Source: an uncultured Verrucomicrobiota bacterium
GTDB taxonomy: Bacteria; Verrucomicrobiota; Verrucomicrobiia; Limisphaerales; UBA9464
Length of the DNA stretch: 64,000 nt
Assembly: GCA_903896505.1 (NCBI GenBank)
Contig: CAITXU010000246.1
Coordinates: 9,657-73,656 of the forward strand
Reading direction: 5' to 3'
Below, one piece after another: positions 58,022 through 64,000 of this stretch (position 1 is the stretch's first letter; each line of letters opens with the position of its first letter). Both the position numbers and the translations under genes were made by a program. The notes beneath the pieces were generated by a model. That model did no database searches and was not told where the DNA came from. It was given only the letters and a program-made list of their open reading frames with translations.

Positions 58022-59572
58022 TTAGCGGGTGCGGATCACACGGAAGAAACGGGCCGTTGAATCCGGAGAGATATCCAGAGAATCGGTTGAACCAACGGCC
58101 ACACGTTCGGCCCCGGAATTAGTCCATACCTTCAAGTTGGTGGAACTGCTGATTTGGTAAGCCCCGCCAGCCGTTGTGGGCCAACTCAGGCGCACTTTAC
58201 CTCCGAACGAAACAGCACTGGCCACCACAGGTTGTGGGAAACCGGATGTTCCACCGGAAGACCGTACGAATCGTCGAAGAAGGACCTCAGTCCCAAGATT
58301 GACGTTTTTGAATCCTGTCCAAGCCGCCACGAATTGGTCGGTACCGACGGGAGCGACTGCGGTCACAGATTCATTGAGCAACGGGACCGCTGAAAGGGAG
58401 AAGGATTCGCCATCCGCGGCACCGTCCACGGTGAGGAACTGACCGTAGGGGCGGACATCCGCAGGAGCCGAGCCCTCGAGCCGCCAGGTCAAGAGGACAT
58501 TGTTCCCCGCCACTGCCAGTTTTGGGCTATTGGCATTGTGGGATGCGTCAGAAACCACACTCAGTGCAGGGGTGGTAGAATTACCCGAGGCATCAAAGGC
58601 GCGAACGGCCACCGTCCAAAGTGCAGTGGAACTGCCTTGGTCTCGTTCCGTCCAGCCGGCCAGAAACCCTCCACCGGGAACGGCAGCCAGATGAGGTGCC
58701 GAACAGATATTGGTTCCGGAGTTCATCCGAAACTCATCGGTCAATGGATTTCCAGACGCCGAAAACGTTCGACCATAAACGTCTGCAGATTTATCAAAAC
58801 GTTGGCTTTCCGAAATCCAGCCGACGGCGTAGGCGGAGCCGGACAGCGGGCAGACGACGGAACCCCGCTGGTTGGAGCGGAACGTTTGAGTTACGATGAA
58901 ATTTGTCCCCAAGAGTTCACCATTACTGCCGATATGTTGGGCAAGAACACCAAATCGGTCTCCATCAGCCTGATCGGATGTCCAGGCCACCACGAATGTC
59001 CCATCTTCGAGAGCCGCCACCGAGGGAGCCGAGGGGAGGTCACCCGCTACGGTACTGACAGGAACGTTGGTTCCAACAAAGGAAGGGGTTGACAGACCAG
59101 GCTTCAGGATTCGCCCAAAGATTGACCATTTTCCTCTGAGGGATTCCCGCCAGACGATGAGAGCATTTCCACCCTTGGCTTGTGCGACCTGAGGGTAGGT
59201 TTGGTCACCGCGAGTCGCCGAAGGAACGGTAAATGGAGCGAAAAGCCCAACCCCGGATGCCGAAAGACGGCGGGCTCGGATGGTCCACGAGTTTCCGACC
59301 GAGTGATCCTGCCAAACAACGACGCCTGAGGAAGTGTCAAATGCCAGGGACGGAGCCAACTGGTCTCCCGCCAACTGACCAAGCCCCGGATATTCACTCC
59401 CCACCGGTGCAAAGGCAGCGCCCAACGCCGGGACAGAGAGAGCCAGCGCGGTGGCGACCAGCGCACCGGCTGCCCGTGGTATCCAACCGCTCCGTAGCCC
59501 GATGAATCGGGACTTTTTGGACATGTTCATAACCGTTGGACTCATCAAGTTAACCGAGACGGAGTGCTCCAA
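58022..59572 (-). CDS. secreted repeat (beta-propeller-like) protein with a C-terminal RFFR domain
   Basis: Repeats of P.VAAL.DG.FVVAW...G...G.(E/N)F; start may be 59545 or 59530. Confidence 0.8.
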   Translation of the reverse strand: MEHSVSVNLMSPTVMNMSKKSRFIGLRSGWIPRAAGALVATALALSVPALGAAFAPVGSEYPGLGQLAGDQLAPSLAFDTSSGVVVWQDHSVGNSWTIRARRLSASGVGLFAPFTVPSATRGDQTYPQVAQAKGGNALIVWRESLRGKWSIFGRILKPGLSTPSFVGTNVPVSTVAGDLPSAPSVAALEDGTFVVAWTSDQADGDRFGVLAQHIGSNGELLGTNFIVTQTFRSNQRGSVVCPLSGSAYAVGWISESQRFDKSADVYGRTFSASGNPLTDEFRMNSGTNICSAPHLAAVPGGGFLAGWTERDQGSSTALWTVAVRAFDASGNSTTPALSVVSDASHNANSPKLAVAGNNVLLTWRLEGSAPADVRPYGQFLTVDGAADGESFSLSAVPLLNESVTAVAPVGTDQFVAAWTGFKNVNLGTEVLLRRFVRSSGGTSGFPQPVVASAVSFGGKVRLSWPTTAGGAYQISSSTNLKVWTNSGAERVAVGSTDSLDISPDSTARFFRVIRTR

Positions 59573-59599
59573 TTTGAATGATTACCGTTCTTAATACTA

Positions 59600-59614
59600 A
59601 CATGTTTCGTGCCA
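59600..59614 (-). promoter_or_regulatory. possible sigma54 promoter for the secreted-protein operon
   Basis: The minus strand reads TGGCACGAAACATGT (perfect -24 box, imperfect -12 box). Confidence 0.45.
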
Positions 59615-59625
59615 GAATTTGACAC

Positions 59626-62421
59626 TTAACGGGCAGACGCCTGGCTGGGCACCGCATCCGGGTCGTAGGGCAGATTGTTCGGATCATTCACCCGCTTGCC
59701 GGCAGGATCGATGATGGTTGGGGTCACAAAGATCATCAGGTTACGCTTGGCCGTCAGAGAGCTTTCGCTACGGAACAGGCGTCCGACCAACGGGAGATCA
59801 CCCAATCCAGGGACCTTGTCCTTTTGCTTTTTGACATCTTCCGAAATCAGACCTCCGAGGACCACCGTCTGACCATCCCAGACTGTTGCGCTGGTGACGA
59901 CCTGGCGAACGCGGATTCGAGGCAGAGGCAATTGAGCACGTTGAGAGAGTCCGATGTTGTTACCGGCCACCGATTGGAAGGTGGGAACGAACGCACCGGG
60001 ATCATCATAGCCGACGAACTCGATCAAGCTCGGGATGATGGTCATCTGGATGGAATAACCATCTGCCGAGACGTATGGAATCACGTCCAAGCTCGGACCG
60101 AATGGGAAGGATTGGGTTCCATATTGTGGCGTAGTGACAATGGCACCGCCGCCCGTGGAGTTACCGGCAGCATTTACACCCCCGTTGCTCGAAGCATTGT
60201 TGAGGTCCAAGCTGGTTACAATGGTTCGAACGTCGGAGATTTCGATGTGGGCCTGACGTCCGCTGACCGTCACCAATTTCGGAGCCGTGATCAGGTCTGA
60301 ACCGTCCCGTTGTTCGATGGCGTTGATAGCGACCCGGAATTGGGGATCGGTCAGGATGCCAGTGACTGTAGCCACTGTGGGAAGAGTGGTTTGATTGGCG
60401 TCTGTGTTGCGCAGACCTGCGGTGATGTTCTGGTCGGTCGCGCTCGGGGAAACTGCGCCATAGAGCGGGAAGGCACCGAGCGGGTTTGCCTGGCTGGGCT
60501 GACCGGCGAAGGAGGGAGCAGTACCACCAGAGACACCGACCTTTCCGCCACCCATCAGGAAGTTGCCCAATTGCCAATTGAAGCCGAGAGCCTTGTTGTC
60601 CGTTTGGGTAATTTCCGCAAACTTGGCCTCGAGGTCGATCAGAGGAGGCGACTGATTCAGGGCGTGAATGGCGTTCTCGATGATGTCGAGGTCGGACGCC
60701 GTTGCCCGAACCAAAAGGATACCGGTACGGTCATTGAAGAACAGGGCCTTTTGATCAGCATTGGGATCAGTGAATCCGCCGGCACCGCCAGGAGCTCCCG
60801 GGAAACCACCGCCACCGCCAAATCCGCCACCGCCACCACCAAATCCACCGCCGCCGGCTCCGCCAAGGGCAACAGTCTGTGGGAAATAAACACCCGCAGC
60901 GAGGAAGAATTGCCGGACCAGAACATTGACGAAAGCCATGTTATTGGTCCGCGTGACAAAGGAGATACCGGCTCCGGTCTGACCACCGCCACCGCCACCA
61001 GCACCGCCGCCACCGCCGCCACCGCCGGTTGTGCCTCCGGAAACCTGGACGCGGGGAATCGCAAAGACACCGCCGCCTTGACCACCTCCGCCGCCGCTAC
61101 CGCCACCACCGCCGCCGCCGCCGCCGCCCCGACCGCCGCCGCCGCTGGAGCTACCGCCGATTTCATCGACGATGGAGATTCCCGCCACGCTTTCAAGACC
61201 TTGGAGGAACGTGTTGGGGTCGACCTTGTATTCGCGGGAGAAGAGTTGGGTCGGTTCGGGAAGCTTCTGGGTGAAGACCACAGCGTAGTCTTCGATGGAA
61301 TACTTCAAGGGACGCTCTGCGGCCTTGGAGATGGCATCGATAACGTCAATCAATCGGACATCACGCAGACCCGGCGTCAGTCGAATGATCACAGAGTTCA
61401 GGTCGAGCGGTTCGGCCGGTGCAGCTGCAACCGGCTGACCCGTGGTGGGGTCTACCGAGAATCCCTGCTGAGGAGGAGCGTTATCGACGCTGGAATAGAC
61501 GGCAAAATTGACGCCGCGCTTTTCCGTATCGCGTGCACGGGCCTGTTCATCGAGGTACTTGATGACTTCGGAGAGCGGCAACGCATCAAACTTGACCTCG
61601 TTCAGCCGAATATGGTCGAGCTTGCTGCGGATGGCCTGACGACTCGGGCTGGTGTTGATGAGGTTGGTGCGGGCGAACGGATTGACATTCGACAACTTGG
61701 AAACCGGGGTGGCCCATTTCTGTTCCACTTCGACCAAGCGGTCCTTGTTGGTGATCATTCGCATTTTGTCAGCGCGAACGAACCGGCGTTCCTTGATCAG
61801 GTTGAGGTAGTAGAACGGGACGGTTTGATCGGGGTTCTCCTTGAGGGCCTTCTTGAAGACGGCCTCTGCCTCATCCAGCTTGCCCATCTGATAGAGAACG
61901 ACACCGTCATTCACATCGGTGGCAATTCGGGCGATGTTGGTCCGATTTTGTTCCAACTTGGCCAGGGCGTCTTCGCTGGGAAGGCGATTCGCCACGTCGG
62001 CCAATCGTTGGTCATTGTCGGCCTTGAAAGCACGGGCCCGGGCATTGCCGGGGTTGGCGCGCAGGGACCGATTGATCTGAAGGTTGGCCTCGCGGTAATC
62101 ACCGGCCCTCTGAGCGGCAATCGCGAGGGCAAGGCGGGATTCGGAGAGTCCATTGGCGGCATCATTCCGTTCCGCCTCGACGTCGACGGCATTGCCCAAC
62201 TCATCGGAAAGTTGCCAGGCCTCCTCGTAAAGCTTGGCCGCGGAATTCAGATCGCGCTGGTCCGTGGCGGCGTGAGCCGACCTCAGGGTGTTGCGGAGTA
62301 CCACTGCCTTCTCCTGGCGGCGAACCTGCTCCTCGGCGAGCGGATTGGACGTCTGGCCAAGGACAACCTGGATGGAGCCGCAAACCAGGAGTACGCGGAT
62401 GAAGTTGGACGCTTTGGTCAT
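59626..62421 (-). CDS. secretin (GspD/PilQ family, Amuc_1098-like) with TPR and Gly-rich loops
   Basis: IDLEAKFAEI, APKLVTVSG, V.DGQTVVLGGLI, KVPGLGDLPLVGRLFRS and NLMIFVTPTII. Confidence 0.93.
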   Translation of the reverse strand: MTKASNFIRVLLVCGSIQVVLGQTSNPLAEEQVRRQEKAVVLRNTLRSAHAATDQRDLNSAAKLYEEAWQLSDELGNAVDVEAERNDAANGLSESRLALAIAAQRAGDYREANLQINRSLRANPGNARARAFKADNDQRLADVANRLPSEDALAKLEQNRTNIARIATDVNDGVVLYQMGKLDEAEAVFKKALKENPDQTVPFYYLNLIKERRFVRADKMRMITNKDRLVEVEQKWATPVSKLSNVNPFARTNLINTSPSRQAIRSKLDHIRLNEVKFDALPLSEVIKYLDEQARARDTEKRGVNFAVYSSVDNAPPQQGFSVDPTTGQPVAAAPAEPLDLNSVIIRLTPGLRDVRLIDVIDAISKAAERPLKYSIEDYAVVFTQKLPEPTQLFSREYKVDPNTFLQGLESVAGISIVDEIGGSSSGGGGRGGGGGGGGGGSGGGGGQGGGVFAIPRVQVSGGTTGGGGGGGGAGGGGGGQTGAGISFVTRTNNMAFVNVLVRQFFLAAGVYFPQTVALGGAGGGGFGGGGGGFGGGGGFPGAPGGAGGFTDPNADQKALFFNDRTGILLVRATASDLDIIENAIHALNQSPPLIDLEAKFAEITQTDNKALGFNWQLGNFLMGGGKVGVSGGTAPSFAGQPSQANPLGAFPLYGAVSPSATDQNITAGLRNTDANQTTLPTVATVTGILTDPQFRVAINAIEQRDGSDLITAPKLVTVSGRQAHIEISDVRTIVTSLDLNNASSNGGVNAAGNSTGGGAIVTTPQYGTQSFPFGPSLDVIPYVSADGYSIQMTIIPSLIEFVGYDDPGAFVPTFQSVAGNNIGLSQRAQLPLPRIRVRQVVTSATVWDGQTVVLGGLISEDVKKQKDKVPGLGDLPLVGRLFRSESSLTAKRNLMIFVTPTIIDPAGKRVNDPNNLPYDPDAVPSQASAR

Positions 62422-62457
62422 GGGAAATCAAATCGGTTGAATCTGGGACAGCTCAGG

Positions 62458-63246
62458 TCAAGGCGCAGGGTTTAGCTTAATGACAGAACGCAAGGAGTTG
62501 GGGGCCGAGACTACGACCTCATCTTTATCAATGGCAACAATCTTGTATGTCACATTGCCAAGATTCAGCGTATCGCCGGTCCGTTTGCCGACAAAGGACT
62601 TCTTGTCCCATCGATAATCGAGGTCGGCGGCCCACGCCAAAGTCTTGGAATACGGCTTGTTGGTCGATAAAGTAATGGTTCCCTCGCCATCGCTCAGGGC
62701 GATGACCACTTCCGGTGCGGATTCCTTCGGACCTTTGATGTCGCGGAGCAGGAACAGATCGTTCTTGCTGCCCACGTTGAGGGATACGGTGGTGGGCCGC
62801 CGTTTGGAGGGTTGCTTTTCGTAAGCGCGCGTCACCTCGAATTGGTAACGAAATTGGCCGTCCACTCCGACGGCTCCGAGGTAATTGATCTCCAGCGGCA
62901 GGGGCGTGGCTTTGGTATACACCAAGCCCACTGCTCCAGTAGAGTCTGTCACTGGATTGAGATTACCACCCTTGTCTTTCATCCAGGTCACCGGATTGAA
63001 GGTGTTATGGACCCCGGATAGCTCAATGGAATCGGGCTTGCCGAGACGGGCCAATGCGGCGGCTCCGACAGACAAATCGACCGGTTTCAGAGGCTTCTTT
63101 TTGCCGGAAACTTTTTTCTCCAACTGTTCGTCCAAAGCCTGCCGGACTTCCTGTACGTGGAAAGCCATCAGAAGGGAGCCGATGGCGACAATGAGCAGAA
63201 CTGCCCCCAGGACGAGTTTCTCGTAATGTTTGGTAAGAAATTTCAT
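62458..63246 (-). CDS. Amuc_1099-like pilus/secretion-system protein
   Basis: MKFLTKHYEKLVLG plus a TM anchor, HNTFNP..W; lies between the Amuc_1100-like gene and the secretin. Confidence 0.7.
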   Translation of the reverse strand: MKFLTKHYEKLVLGAVLLIVAIGSLLMAFHVQEVRQALDEQLEKKVSGKKKPLKPVDLSVGAAALARLGKPDSIELSGVHNTFNPVTWMKDKGGNLNPVTDSTGAVGLVYTKATPLPLEINYLGAVGVDGQFRYQFEVTRAYEKQPSKRRPTTVSLNVGSKNDLFLLRDIKGPKESAPEVVIALSDGEGTITLSTNKPYSKTLAWAADLDYRWDKKSFVGKRTGDTLNLGNVTYKIVAIDKDEVVVSAPNSLRSVIKLNPAP

Positions 63247-63258
63247 TCCGAACCGTGA

Positions 63259-64000
63259 TTACTGGCGGGTGTTTTTGACGGGTGCAGCAGAAGGTGAGTT
63301 TGTTCCCGACGCAGACGCGGGAGCAGTCAACTTAACAATATCCAGGCCGATCGTGACGCGGAGCAATTTCGGCTCCAGAACCGGCTCATTGGGTCGGGTG
63401 GGTGCGGCAGCCGCCACGGGTTGCTGCATGCGGGCGTATGGACCCACCCCGTAACGGGCCATAGATGGGTTGAAGCCGTTGGGAAGCCCAATGGCTGCCA
63501 TCGGGACTGAGGAGGCACTTGAATCCGAGGCGACGCCCCGTTCGACGTTTAACGTCTTGATGTTGTAGGAGGCCGGGGCATCCCTCAAGCCAGCCAATAC
63601 CGACGCCAACTCGGAGCTGAAACCCTGGAAGGCGATTTCATAAGGGTAGATGGCAGCCCCCGTGACGGTGTTTGTGGTCACTTTTTTGGCGAGTAGGAAA
63701 TCGGTCGATGAATTGGAATCGTTGGTCCCGACGGTGGTTCGCTTGATGGATACCAAGGAATGAACGCGAGCGGCGTACAAGATGCGGCAAAGGTCGGTGA
63801 CGTCGTCCAAGTGCAGAACCAACGGCACCAGAGCCTTGTCGGGGATTTGGAGGACTTTTCGTTGCTCACCAAAGGTGAAGTCATATTTGTCGGGCAACTT
63901 GACACCGGTTTTTTCGGCATCGCGGACCAACCCTGCGAGTCGGCTTTCCAGTAGCCCCTTGAAGGCGGCGTTATCAAGGCCATCGGGCTTTATCTGGACT
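63259..64000 (-). CDS. Amuc_1100-like (PilO/PilN-fold) protein, 5'-truncated by the window edge
   Basis: The frame stays open to the window end; V.LP..YDFTF, YPYEIAFQGFSSELASVLAGL; synteny with the secretin. Confidence 0.72.
   Translation of the reverse strand, partial: VQIKPDGLDNAAFKGLLESRLAGLVRDAEKTGVKLPDKYDFTFGEQRKVLQIPDKALVPLVLHLDDVTDLCRILYAARVHSLVSIKRTTVGTNDSNSSTDFLLAKKVTTNTVTGAAIYPYEIAFQGFSSELASVLAGLRDAPASYNIKTLNVERGVASDSSASSVPMAAIGLPNGFNPSMARYGVGPYARMQQPVAAAAPTRPNEPVLEPKLLRVTIGLDIVKLTAPASASGTNSPSAAPVKNTRQ

Noticed and set aside
60310-62475. 721-aa plus-strand ORF
   Set aside because: Antisense shadow of the secretin caused by GC-rich codon bias; no motifs.

Overview
A GC-rich bacterial chromosomal window, most likely Verrucomicrobiota (Pedosphaera/Limisphaera-like). 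That assignment is inferred from the Amuc_1098-1100-like secretin cluster, the exosortase/EpsI pair and protein style. Housekeeping and metabolic genes include purN, mqnD, PPi-PFK, rpsA, transketolase, coaE, rfbB and System II cytochrome c biogenesis. The left end holds a sigma54 activator, a Wzy/WaaL-like protein, a GT4, an H-NOX and an HNOBA hybrid kinase, followed by a CobW/WD40 pair and the exosortase/EpsI pair. A decayed ~8.6-kb genomic island (16079-24679) sits in the 3' end of tRNA-Leu(CAA), bounded by a perfect 28-bp direct repeat. It carries an integrase-like stub fused to a deleted DNA methylase, a SIR2-like::helicase chimera, two intact PIN TA pairs, four antitoxins whose toxins are lost or truncated, and an intact TIGR04255 / unknown / ART-like three-gene module (candidate defence or TAC-like system). 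At the right end, a secretin / Amuc_1099 / Amuc_1100-like apparatus is followed by four large secreted proteins. Three of them end in a shared ~60-aa 'Y.(I/V/T)..S..(L/I)..W...R(F/Y/T)(F/Y)R' domain (candidate sorting signal), several are enriched in Thr-Asn dipeptides, and one looks like a catalytically dead matrixin. At least three dispersed REP-like families are present. No CRISPR array or rRNA was seen. All family assignments come from motif recognition by eye, not from database searches.
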